Below, piece after piece: positions 8,297 through 16,248 of a stretch of DNA of 20,000 bases (the first letter of the stretch is position 1; each line of letters begins with the position of its first letter). Under the pieces are notes generated by a model. It was not told the origin of the DNA and ran no database searches. It saw nothing but the letters and a program-made list of their open reading frames with translations. The stretch is from an uncultured virus (IMG/VR IMGVR_UViG_3300037470_001283). Its lineage: Duplodnaviria; Heunggongvirae; Uroviricota; Caudoviricetes. The position numbers and the translations under genes are program-made. The DNA lies in the IMG/VR virus record IMGVR_UViG_3300037470_001283; one strand, 5' to 3'.

Positions 8297-8679
8297 GCAT
8301 GTTCGACTTCACGATCGACGAGCACGTCGACACGATCGTGCCCGAGGGCTACTACAGCCGGGCGCAGTACCGGGACGCGACGCGAGAGGAGATGCTCCTT
8401 TGGTGGAGGGTCCGGGAGCTCGAGGGGGCGATCGAGCGGATGAGGGCGCCCGAGGTCCGGGAGGTGCTCGACGTGGTTCGGGGATCGGAGGAGGACGAGG
8501 TGATGGTGACGGCGATGGAGTTCGCGCTGCTGCGTGCTCACGCGCCCGACGTGGTGACGATGGAGATCGACCCGTCGCGGGTGCGTGAGCGTCTGCTCGG
8601 GTACGTGAATTTCTACCGGGACGGCTCGCCGGCGCGCAGGTACCTGCGGATCGCGAGCCGAGGGGAGCTTTCACGATGA
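8293..8679 (+). CDS. Hypothetical protein
   Basis: 128 aa, GC3-rich, with ATGA overlaps at both ends. Confidence 0.7.
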   Translation: MSMFDFTIDEHVDTIVPEGYYSRAQYRDATREEMLLWWRVRELEGAIERMRAPEVREVLDVVRGSEEDEVMVTAMEFALLRAHAPDVVTMEIDPSRVRERLLGYVNFYRDGSPARRYLRIASRGELSR

Positions 8680-8951
8680 GCTGGCAGTGCGAGGGGCGTG
8701 GACGAGGGGGCGGCTGTCCTGGGTGCTCGGACTGTCAGACGGCGGAGGAGATCCTGGGCAAGTGGTGCGACGCGTGCGGCAAGCGGGTCGAGGTCGTGAC
8801 GGGTCGCGAGTGCGGGCTCGAGAAGGGGGACACGAGGTTCGACGACTACGTGGCGGTGACGGGTCTGCTGCCGTGCTCGAAGGAGGTCGCGGCGGAGGCG
8901 GGCAGGATCTTGCGGGGGCGCGGAGGTTGTCCTCGCGACGTCTCCGAGTAG
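8676..8951 (+). CDS. Cys-rich hypothetical protein
   Basis: 91 aa with CPGCSDC and CDAC. ATGA-coupled to the upstream gene. Confidence 0.6.
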   Translation: MSWQCEGRGRGGGCPGCSDCQTAEEILGKWCDACGKRVEVVTGRECGLEKGDTRFDDYVAVTGLLPCSKEVAAEAGRILRGRGGCPRDVSE

Positions 8952-8963
8952 ACTCCTCGCGTC

Positions 8964-9347
8964 ATGGTGGCGCGACATCTTCGGGAGACGGAGCGCGACC
9001 GCGAGCAGCAGGCGCTGGAGCGGTCGATCCGGGAGGCGGCCCGGAGGTACCTGCCTCCGCGGAGGGTTCGTCGCAAGAAGGCGCGGTTGGAGGCGGGGGC
9101 CGTCCCGAAGGGGACGAAGGACGCCCTGATCAGGCGAGACGGCCTGCGCTGCTGGATCTGCGAGAAAGAGGCGCCTCCGGGGAGGTCCGTGCTGGGCTGG
9201 CTGACCATCGACCATCTGCATCTGGTCTCTCGCGGGGGCTGCAACTGTCGGGGGAACCTCCGCCTCGCGTGCGGCCCCTGCAACTCCGCGAGGGGCGACC
9301 GCGTGCATCCTGCCGGTCATCCGCTCGAGGAGTGCGACCGCGGGTAG
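8964..9347 (+). CDS. HNH endonuclease
   Basis: RRDGLRCWIC...LTIDHLHLVSRGGCNCRGNLRLACGPCNSARG is a canonical CxxC-DH-GG-NL-CxxCN signature. Confidence 0.9.
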   Translation: MVARHLRETERDREQQALERSIREAARRYLPPRRVRRKKARLEAGAVPKGTKDALIRRDGLRCWICEKEAPPGRSVLGWLTIDHLHLVSRGGCNCRGNLRLACGPCNSARGDRVHPAGHPLEECDRG

Positions 9348-9356
9348 AGTTTCACG

Positions 9357-9764
9357 ATGAGCACGAACGTCGAGGTCATGCTCGCCGCGCTCGACCCTCG
9401 GACGCCCGAGGTCGGGCCGGTGGTCGAGGCGTCGGCTCCTCTTTGGGGTGTGCTCGATGAACCCCTGCGTCGCGTGGAGGAGGAGTCGGTCGAGCCCGCG
9501 CTCTTTCACGAGTGGGCGAGCGGTCGCGGGCCGAGAGTGACGCGGTGGATCGTGGTCAGCCCGGGGACGTTCGTGGAGATTCGCAAGCACGGTCGCGACG
9601 TGCTGACGGTCGGGTGCAGGGCTCACAGCGCGCCGCGGGAGGAGACGGGGTACGAGGTGCGCGGGGCGGAGATCCTGCGGTGCGGCGACGTGGCCGACGG
9701 GGTCGCGTGGATCGTGGGGAGGACGTCGTCGGGTTTCGTGAAGATGGGTGTTTGCTCGCGGTAG
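9357..9764 (+). CDS. Hypothetical protein
   Basis: 135 aa, preceded by TAGAGT-6nt-ATG. Confidence 0.65.
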   Translation: MSTNVEVMLAALDPRTPEVGPVVEASAPLWGVLDEPLRRVEEESVEPALFHEWASGRGPRVTRWIVVSPGTFVEIRKHGRDVLTVGCRAHSAPREETGYEVRGAEILRCGDVADGVAWIVGRTSSGFVKMGVCSR

Positions 9765-9774
9765 AGTCTCCACG

Positions 9775-9999
9775 ATGGAAGCGCATGTGAGAGACATGAA
9801 GAGCGGGGAGTGGGCCTACGTGTTGCACGGAGAGGCGAACGTGGTCGTGGTCCGTCTGCGCGAGCACGCGATGTCCCTCGACGGGACCCGTTTCGGCCTC
9901 GACGTGCCGCTGGTGTCGCCGATCTTCGGGAGCTGCAAGGAGACGGAGATGTGGGCCATCAACCGCTCCGTCAGGTTCGAGAGGCTCTGGCCCGAATGA
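9775..9999 (+). CDS. Hypothetical protein
   Basis: MEAHVRDMKSGEWAYV..., preceded by TAGAGT-7nt-ATG, with an ATGA overlap at the end. Confidence 0.6.
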   Translation: MEAHVRDMKSGEWAYVLHGEANVVVVRLREHAMSLDGTRFGLDVPLVSPIFGSCKETEMWAINRSVRFERLWPE

Positions 10000-10316
10000 G
10001 GTGGGACTGGATCGGCGTTGGAGGCGACGACGTGGTGGCGCGGTGCGTCTGCGACTCGCTTCGGGACTGGCTCGAGTTCCTCGTGAGAAGCGGGGGCCCC
10101 TACGAGCGATGCGACGATCCCCGGGAGAGGATGCTCGGGATGCGCAAGGTCGAGGGAGGCACGCGGATCATGCTCCCGCTCGTGAGGGTGATGGACCGGA
10201 CGTCGTGGGGGATCGAGTTTCCGTCGAACTTCGTGGACGACTACCTCAAGACGCAGGGGGCCCGGGACCGTCTCGCGCACGCGTTGACCGTCGGGGACCA
10301 CTGCTTGAAGTTCTGA
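9996..10316 (+). CDS. Hypothetical protein
   Basis: MRWDWIGVGGDDVVAR..., translationally coupled on both sides. Confidence 0.6.
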   Translation: MRWDWIGVGGDDVVARCVCDSLRDWLEFLVRSGGPYERCDDPRERMLGMRKVEGGTRIMLPLVRVMDRTSWGIEFPSNFVDDYLKTQGARDRLAHALTVGDHCLKF

Positions 10317-10699
10317 TGGCCGACCTTTCACCCGAAATGAAGCGCGAGCTGCTGCTCCGGCACGCCCCCGAGGATGTGGCGAAGGCGGTGACGGGGTCGA
10401 TGCAGTGCCGGTGGGTCTACGGGCCGCATCTGGGGAGGGCCGGCACGACGCAGGAGCACCACGACTTCGCGGTCGAGGCGGCGACGGACGTGGTCCGTTC
10501 CCTGATGCCCGAGCACGAGGATCGAGCGCGGGAGATCTTCGGCCTGCTCAGGTGGCCCGAGGACTATCGAAGGGCCCGCGGGGTCGAGACGTTCGGGCCG
10601 GTGCCCACGTTCGAGAAGCTCGCGGGGGTCACCTGCGCGATCTGTGGAGGCACCGGGGTCGCGGGGTTCCTGGTGGGTCGTCGGTGCTTCGACTGCTGA
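10316..10699 (+). CDS. Hypothetical protein with a C-terminal CxxC...CxxC
   Basis: MADLSPEMKRELLL... starts at a TGATG overlap and ends CAICGGTGVAGFLVGRRCFDC. Confidence 0.65.
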   Translation: MADLSPEMKRELLLRHAPEDVAKAVTGSMQCRWVYGPHLGRAGTTQEHHDFAVEAATDVVRSLMPEHEDRAREIFGLLRWPEDYRRARGVETFGPVPTFEKLAGVTCAICGGTGVAGFLVGRRCFDC

Positions 10700-10742
10700 G
10701 GGACCGGTAGGATTTGGCGGTAGGATCTTCACGACGGCGACC

Positions 10743-11090
10743 GTGAAGAACCGGATTTCCCTGCGCGAGCTCGAGGCGGTCTTCCTGCGGTGGGAGGGCG
10801 ACCCGCACGCGTGGATGGAGCAGGACGAGAAGGAGGGCGCGAACGGGGTGCTTCTCCTGTGCCCGGCGTGCTTCGTGCAGAACGGCGGGAGAATCGGCAC
10901 GCACAGCGTGATCTGCTGGGACCCCACGGTGCCGCTGCCGCCGGCCGGACCTCCTCCGGCGCCCGGGAGGTGGGCGCTGCACGGGACGGGGATCGACGAC
11001 CTCTCGCTCGTGGCGGGGTCGTCCTCGATCGCGCTGACGGGAGGCTGTGCGTGGCACGGCTGGATTCGCGACGGCCACGCGACGTGGTGA
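10743..11090 (+). CDS. DUF6527-like Cys/His protein
   Basis: GVLLLCPAC...H...W...GTGIDDLSL..SSSI...GGCAWHGWIRDG matches the recalled family pattern. The start is uncertain (GTG 10743 or in-frame ACG 10734). Confidence 0.65.
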   Translation: MKNRISLRELEAVFLRWEGDPHAWMEQDEKEGANGVLLLCPACFVQNGGRIGTHSVICWDPTVPLPPAGPPPAPGRWALHGTGIDDLSLVAGSSSIALTGGCAWHGWIRDGHATW

Positions 11091-11111
11091 GGCCGGTAGA
11101 GTTCCGTCACG

Positions 11112-11474
11112 ATGCTCGAAGAAGAGAAGAGGCTGATGGTGCTCGCGCTGCGCAACGGCGAGGAGCTGCGCAGGATGACGGGGAGAACGACTCGGACCGT
11201 GAGGAGCGCGGTGATGCGCGCGCTCGAGACGAGGGAGCCGGTGACGCTCGTGGGGGTGTCGAAGGAATCGACGGCCCGGATGGTGGAGATGGCCCACGAG
11301 GCGATCGACGAGTGCCTGCGCGGCGACGGTGCGGAGCGGGTGAAGATCCTGGTGAAGGGGATCACGTACTCGGCGTCGGGGAGGGACGTGCTGCGCGCGA
11401 TGCCGGTGTCCGTCGTGTTCGAGGACCACTACGTGACGCTGACGCGGGCGATCGAGGCGATCGAGAGTCTGTGA
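11112..11474 (+). CDS. Hypothetical protein
   Basis: 120 aa, GC3-rich, with TAGAGT upstream. Confidence 0.65.
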   Translation: MLEEEKRLMVLALRNGEELRRMTGRTTRTVRSAVMRALETREPVTLVGVSKESTARMVEMAHEAIDECLRGDGAERVKILVKGITYSASGRDVLRAMPVSVVFEDHYVTLTRAIEAIESL

Positions 11475-11493
11475 CGATCGAGTAGAAAGACGG

Positions 11494-11775
11494 ATGAGAG
11501 CCGCGACGCTTTTCACGATCGTGCTCCTCGCGGGTGGCTGCCAGCAGTCGAGGACGCGGGAGATCCCCGAGGACGCGACGTGCAGCGAGGTGGGGCAGTG
11601 GGCCCTCGTCGCGTGCAGGAACGGATCGGACATGGTCCGGTGCGAGGGGGTCTACACGGAGGCGGTGGAGGCGTGCAGGGCCGACCTGGCGGAGGGGCGT
11701 CGCGTGTGCGTGCCCGAGGTCAACCTGGCGTACGGGTGCGCCGCGTGGGTAGTGCCGCCCGAGGGATCTGGCTAG
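11494..11775 (+). CDS. Putative Cys-rich lipoprotein
   Basis: MRAATLFTIVLLAGG|C is a lipobox-like signal, followed by six further Cys. Confidence 0.6.
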   Translation: MRAATLFTIVLLAGGCQQSRTREIPEDATCSEVGQWALVACRNGSDMVRCEGVYTEAVEACRADLAEGRRVCVPEVNLAYGCAAWVVPPEGSG

Positions 11776-11978
11776 GCGAGCGGAGGGACCCGCACCGCGA
11801 GCTTGTTGTCCAGGCGACCCACGAGTCCGTCGACGGTCGTCGCGAACGCGCTCGCGTTCTGCGGATCGTCGAACACGCCGAGAGGCTCGTCTTGCGGGTC
11901 GTCCGAGGAGGCGTAGACGGCCCACACGTATCCAGCATCAGAGACCGGACCGTGCTCGTCGAAAAGTCTGGCGACCAT
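11772..11978 (-). CDS. Lone reverse-strand hypothetical protein (68 aa)
   Basis: MVARLFDEHGPVSDAGYVWAVYASSDDPQDEPLGVFDDPQNA... is preceded on the minus strand by TACGGT (11990-11985)-6nt-ATG, the same motif seen before the plus-strand genes. Confidence 0.6.
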   Translation of the reverse strand: MVARLFDEHGPVSDAGYVWAVYASSDDPQDEPLGVFDDPQNASAFATTVDGLVGRLDNKLAVRVPPLA

Positions 11979-12039
11979 CTCGACACCGTACCCGTGCGGG
12001 GCTAAGGCAGATCGTGAAACTCCGCCCCGTAGAAGGGGC

Positions 12040-12600
12040 GTGCACGCGAGCGACGAGTGGAAGACGCGGATGCCCTCGCGTGGGGTCCTCGACGCCTGCG
12101 ACGAGGCGGGGATGAGCTGGAGGGCCGAGCACGCGCCCGACGGCGTGGCGTGGTCGGGGAGGGAGCAGGTCGCGCACCTGCGCGGGTGTGACGACTGGGA
12201 GGCCGCCCACGAGCTCGCGCACTGGCTGATCGCGTCGGAGGAGCGCAGGCGGCTCGACGAGTTCGGCGGAGGCCCGGGCCAGTTCACGCGCGAGGGGACG
12301 CCCCTCGTCGTCGTGCTGACGGAGCGCGAGGCGGTCGAGGACGAGCAGCTCGCTCAGGCGATGACGGTGGCCATCCTCGCGGCGCTCGGGATCGACGAGC
12401 ACCTCCGTCGCTACGGGACCCTGCACATGGGGACCCTGGCGCTCGACTGGGCCGAGCTTCGACGTCGAGGGCACCTGACGGAGGGGAACGCCCCGGCGTT
12501 CATGGGGGACGGCGTCGCGGTGTCGATGCCCGGGCCGTCGGGTCCGACGTGGCTCCCCGCGGAGGACGAGGGGATCTCGTGGTGGTCGGCCCGGGCCTGA
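12040..12600 (+). CDS. HExxH zinc-metallopeptidase-like protein (ImmA/IrrE-like motif)
   Basis: AAHELAHWL plus a downstream E..A..M helix (EDEQLAQAM). Confidence 0.55.
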   Translation: MHASDEWKTRMPSRGVLDACDEAGMSWRAEHAPDGVAWSGREQVAHLRGCDDWEAAHELAHWLIASEERRRLDEFGGGPGQFTREGTPLVVVLTEREAVEDEQLAQAMTVAILAALGIDEHLRRYGTLHMGTLALDWAELRRRGHLTEGNAPAFMGDGVAVSMPGPSGPTWLPAEDEGISWWSARA

Positions 12601-12664
12601 GGTGCACGACCGCGGAGATCTAGGCGCGAGAGATCGTGAAGCTCCGGTCGGCGTAGAAGCAGGG

Positions 12665-12862
12665 ATGGCCGAGGAGAACGCCCCGATCCCCATGCTGCTG
12701 TGGTGTCCCGAGTGCGGGGAGCGGCACGTCGATCGAGGAGCGTTCGCGACGAAGGTCCATCACACCCATTCTTGCCAGCATTGCGGGATGACGTGGAGGC
12801 CGGCGGTCGTGCCGACGGTGGGCGTGCAGTTCCTGCCCGGGTTCAGGGACGAGGACGGGTAG
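12665..12862 (+). CDS. Small zinc-ribbon phage protein
   Basis: PIPMLLWCPECGERHVD...HHTHSCQHCGMTWRPAVVPTVGV resembles a recurrent phage family (recalled). Confidence 0.75.
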   Translation: MAEENAPIPMLLWCPECGERHVDRGAFATKVHHTHSCQHCGMTWRPAVVPTVGVQFLPGFRDEDG

Positions 12863-12886
12863 TCGTCCGATGGCGTACCCTCTGAC

Positions 12887-13105
12887 GTGGACGCGCCGAA
12901 GCTGAGGATAGCGAGGAGTCTCGGGGTCGACCCGGAGCGCCTGCTCGTGTATCCGACGGTGGTGCCGGTGTTCCTGGGGTGCTGGGGCGCGGGGCCGTGG
13001 GCGGTCTACGTGCAGGGACTGACGTGGGCCGAGTACGTGAAATTCTCGCCGATCGCGACGAGGGAGGGCGCGGTCCTCCACCATCCCGACGGTCCGCGCG
13101 GGTGA
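12887..13105 (+). CDS. Hypothetical protein
   Basis: 72 aa, preceded by TACCCT-5nt-GTG. Confidence 0.55.
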   Translation: MDAPKLRIARSLGVDPERLLVYPTVVPVFLGCWGAGPWAVYVQGLTWAEYVKFSPIATREGAVLHHPDGPRG

Positions 13106-13326
13106 GGGCGCTGCGTCTCGTGCTGCTCGAGACGGAGCCGACCGGCTCCTTCTGCGAGGGCTGCGCGGGCCCCCACGATCCGCGGCGCCCGTGCTGGTGC
13201 CAGACGTGGGGGATCAGTGACGGCAGGGCGTCTCCGGGACCTTGCAGGCGCCTCTGGAGCCCGGGGCGCTCTCGGAGGCGGAGGATGAGACGACGCCGTC
13301 TCCGTGGCGTACAACTGACGAGATGA
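13102..13326 (+). CDS. Cys-containing hypothetical protein
   Basis: Starts at a GTGA overlap, contains CEGC...CWC...C and ends in an ATGA overlap. Confidence 0.4.
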   Translation: MRALRLVLLETEPTGSFCEGCAGPHDPRRPCWCQTWGISDGRASPGPCRRLWSPGRSRRRRMRRRRLRGVQLTR

Positions 13327-13631
13327 AGCGTCACGTCGTCCTCCTGTGCGTCCTGTTCCTCGCGGCGGCCCTGTCGGGCTGCATGGCCGAGGCGGCGCCT
13401 CCCCCGGCCGAGGCCGAGCGCGCGGCGTCGGGGTTCTTCATGGGCCTGTGGCACGGGATGATCCTGTTCTTCTCGTTCATCTTCTCGCTGTTCGACGACA
13501 CGGTGGCGGTCTACGACGTGGTGAACACGGGCCACCTCTACGATCTCGGCTTCCTCCTCGGGGCCGGCGGCACGGTCGCCGTCGTCGAAGGGACGCGGAG
13601 AAGTAGAGTTTCACGATCCCCGAGAAGCTGA
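13323..13631 (+). CDS. Conserved membrane lipoprotein
   Basis: Lipobox LSG|C, then GFFMGLWHGMILFFSFIFSLFDDTVAVYDVVNTGHLYDLGFLLG, a recalled widespread family pattern. Confidence 0.8.
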   Translation: MKRHVVLLCVLFLAAALSGCMAEAAPPPAEAERAASGFFMGLWHGMILFFSFIFSLFDDTVAVYDVVNTGHLYDLGFLLGAGGTVAVVEGTRRSRVSRSPRS

Positions 13632-13865
13632 CGGACGAGGAGTGGGCTGTTCTTCGACGCGTGCTGACCGAACACGAGAGGTGGAGGCGGTCGCGGTAAT
13701 CTCCGACCTGCTCAAGCGCGTGGAGCCCCGACGCCCCGCCTTCCGCGAGGAGAACGAGCGAGACGAGGAATGGGCACGTCTCGCGTTCGTGGAGGGTTTC
13801 GACCCTGATCAACATCTCGCGGTTCATCAAGTTCATGCAGGAGAGGGACGGACGGACGGACGGGG

Positions 13866-14519
13866 ATGAACCTGGAGGAAGCACGCAAGATCAAGGCCGG
13901 CACGAAGGTGATGTTCGACGCCGAGGTCTGGGACTTCGGCTACGTCGGACATGACGGCCGCTGCATCCTCTACGTCGAGGGCGAGTGCAACATGCAGGAC
14001 GCCATCGCGGTCGAGCCCGCGCTCGTCGAGCTCGAGACGGTGGCCCGTGCACGCATGGCCAGGTGCGCCAAGGAGAACCCCGCGCTTCCTCCCGGGTGGG
14101 AGTGGCCCCCGAGGAACGGCCGAGACGACGTGCAGATCAAGTGGCGCGCGCTCGGGCCGACGGTCGCCTGCAGACGGCTCAAGGCGTACGGGGAGCACGA
14201 GGATTCTCCGGGCGCCGCCTCCGACAAGGTCCGACATGGTCCGGGGCATCAGTCGAAGACCCGGTGTCGCGTCGTCGGGCCGCACGCGGTCCACGAGGCC
14301 GTGTACGGGAGGGTTTCGACTGGAGCACCATCATCACGCACCTTCCGAGGAGGACGTAGCATGTCAGACCAGATAGTCGCCGGCATCATCCACGGGCTCG
14401 TCGTCGTGCTCGTGTGGTTCGTCAACCGTTCGTGGGGCGACCACGTCAGGAAGGATTGCTACACCAAGTGGGTGAGTGACCTGCATTGCTTTTCGGAGCG
14501 CGTAGGAGGTATACGATGA
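13866..14519 (+). CDS. Hypothetical ORF, probably two or three fused or abutting small genes
   Basis: Open frame with internal ATGs. GAGGAGG precedes ATG 14361 (MSDQIVAGIIHGLVVVLVWFV, TM-like), and an HGPGHQSKTRC...HEAVYG motif lies in the middle. Confidence 0.5.
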   Translation: MNLEEARKIKAGTKVMFDAEVWDFGYVGHDGRCILYVEGECNMQDAIAVEPALVELETVARARMARCAKENPALPPGWEWPPRNGRDDVQIKWRALGPTVACRRLKAYGEHEDSPGAASDKVRHGPGHQSKTRCRVVGPHAVHEAVYGRVSTGAPSSRTFRGGRSMSDQIVAGIIHGLVVVLVWFVNRSWGDHVRKDCYTKWVSDLHCFSERVGGIR

Positions 14520-14857
14520 AGAGAATCCCCGTGCTGTGTTCTCAGGAGTACGAGGGGTCCCGCATGCGCGTGACTCCGTGCACGCGCTGTCGCGTCGGGT
14601 GGAGCGAGGAGCTCGGCGAGTGCATGGTGCCAACAGGCTGTGAGCACCTGCCGCTCGAAGACGACGTGCCGAACTGTCCGATCTCCGACCGGTGTCGGCA
14701 CCAGATTCAGCGCGGCAACGGCCCCTGCGCCGTGCGGGCTCGCGGGATGGTGTGCGAGTCGGCTCTTGCATACGCGGGAGTTGAGGGATTCGCGAACCAT
14801 CCGCTCGGATTCAACGCGGACTGCGTGGCGAGCGAGGAGACACTGCATGATGGTTGA
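14516..14857 (+). CDS. Cys-rich hypothetical protein
   Basis: AGGAGGT RBS before ATG 14516, ATGA overlap, many Cys. Confidence 0.65.
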   Translation: MKRIPVLCSQEYEGSRMRVTPCTRCRVGWSEELGECMVPTGCEHLPLEDDVPNCPISDRCRHQIQRGNGPCAVRARGMVCESALAYAGVEGFANHPLGFNADCVASEETLHDG

Positions 14858-15458
14858 GTGGCACCAGACAACGAGCAGCGAGTCGGGGTCCCCCCGGTGG
14901 ACATGGAACATGTGGCCCAGCAAGCCGGACGGCCCACACGTCTGGCTCTGCGTCGGGGACGACAGTGGGAGCCTGCGCAAGCGCGTCGCCTTCTGGGGAG
15001 GAAGCTCGCTCGACGAGGTCGACTGGAACTTCGGAGGTTGGTGCGTGCACCCGCTGCGGCGCGGGCTCGAGCTTGCCGAGGCTGTCGCGCGCGTCATTGA
15101 GTCCAGGCCTTCGGTGCCCAGTCTCGTCGAGTGGACCGAGCGCTCCTGGGGCAACGGTCGTCTGGCCGCGTACGCGAAACAAGGGGAATTCAACCTCGCC
15201 GTGAACGCGTCCCGCAGCGGGGTGAAGAACAGGGTGGCCCACGGGGTGTGCGACGACGCCGTGGCGCGGGGAGGGTACGACGAGGTCGTGGACTTGTGGT
15301 GCTGGTGGATCGACCTGCAGCGTCCTGACGGAAGCGCCTCGTGGTGCATGAAGTCTTGGGCGGCGTGGCGCGACGCCGAGACGGCGATGGCCCACGCGGA
15401 GCAGATCTCCCGGGCTCTCGTGGAAGTCGGGTTCGGGCTCGTCGAGGCGACGTCGTGA
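14847..15458 (+). CDS. Trp-rich hypothetical protein
   Basis: MMVEWHQTTS... about 203 aa, overlapping the upstream stop. Confidence 0.55.
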   Translation: MMVEWHQTTSSESGSPRWTWNMWPSKPDGPHVWLCVGDDSGSLRKRVAFWGGSSLDEVDWNFGGWCVHPLRRGLELAEAVARVIESRPSVPSLVEWTERSWGNGRLAAYAKQGEFNLAVNASRSGVKNRVAHGVCDDAVARGGYDEVVDLWCWWIDLQRPDGSASWCMKSWAAWRDAETAMAHAEQISRALVEVGFGLVEATS

Positions 15459-16050
15459 GTTACGGGCCCGGCGACCGCGTGCGCGTCGTCTACGAGGGCG
15501 AGGTGGGGCGGTTATCGCTCGGAGGAGTTACTCAAGCCGCTGTTCGGCAACGGGCGCCTTTCAGTCGAGACCAAGGAGCGCATCGCCGAGTTCGTCCGGG
15601 AGGATCTTCTGAGGCTCCCTGCGCGGGTAGGGTAGGGCATACAAGCCTCGACCAAGATCACCGTGTCGACCGTCGAGCCCTACCAAGGGTTCGACGTGCG
15701 TGAAGGGTCGCAGTCGATGGTGGCCGACTACCGCGACCCGGGCTTCGTCGAGATTGTGCACGGACTCGACTGGACCCCCCAACGTGTTCGTGTCGACGTT
15801 CTCGAGGGGCTCGTCACCGGGTTCTACTACGCGAGGCGCAGGGACGAGAACCCCGTCGAGGAAGGCCACGGCCCCGCGAACTCTTGAGGAGCTGCGCGAC
15901 GTGCTGGACGAGGATGTGCTCGACCCCGAGTACCCGATGGAACCCGTGGAACAGGAGCTGCGCGAGGCCGGCCTCGATCCCGAGAAGGTCGCCGCCACGG
16001 GACGTAGGATCGCGGCCCGGTTCGCGTCGAAGGGGAGGGCGTGGGATGGC

Positions 16051-16179
16051 ATGATGAAGGCGCGCGCCTACGACGTGCTGTCCCAGACGGTCGAGGACGG
16101 TGTCCGGGCCGGGTGGAGGAGAGCCCACAAGCACGTCGACGGCCCGAGAGTATCCAGGAGCACGTCGAGCGCGAGGTAA
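16051..16179 (+). pseudogene. Frameshifted/truncated small phage gene (AHKH family)
   Basis: MMKARAYDVLSQTVEDGVRAGWRRAHKHVDGP continues plausibly as ESIQEHVEREV only in another frame (shift near 16143-16147), and then turns into non-coding-looking sequence. Confidence 0.5.
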
Positions 16180-16248
16180 GGTCAGCGCGTCGGCGACGGG
16201 TGGGATCATCTCGTTTCGTGAAATTAAGCCGAAAGAAGACCATCAGCG

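Noticed and set aside
6626..11633. Long minus-strand ORFs (6626-7630, 8613-9797, 10328-11365, 10629-11633)
   Set aside because: These are Arg/Pro-rich antisense shadows of well-packed plus-strand genes, typical of high-GC DNA.
7598..13606. TAG stop-codon recoding (genetic code 15)
   Set aside because: TAGs fall at sensible gene ends and are followed by new starts. Long genes (cas12b, sigma) are uninterrupted under code 11.
13847..13862. (GACG)x4 before ATG 13866 as a phase-variable site
   Set aside because: Four tetranucleotide copies is too short to argue for slippage without read data.
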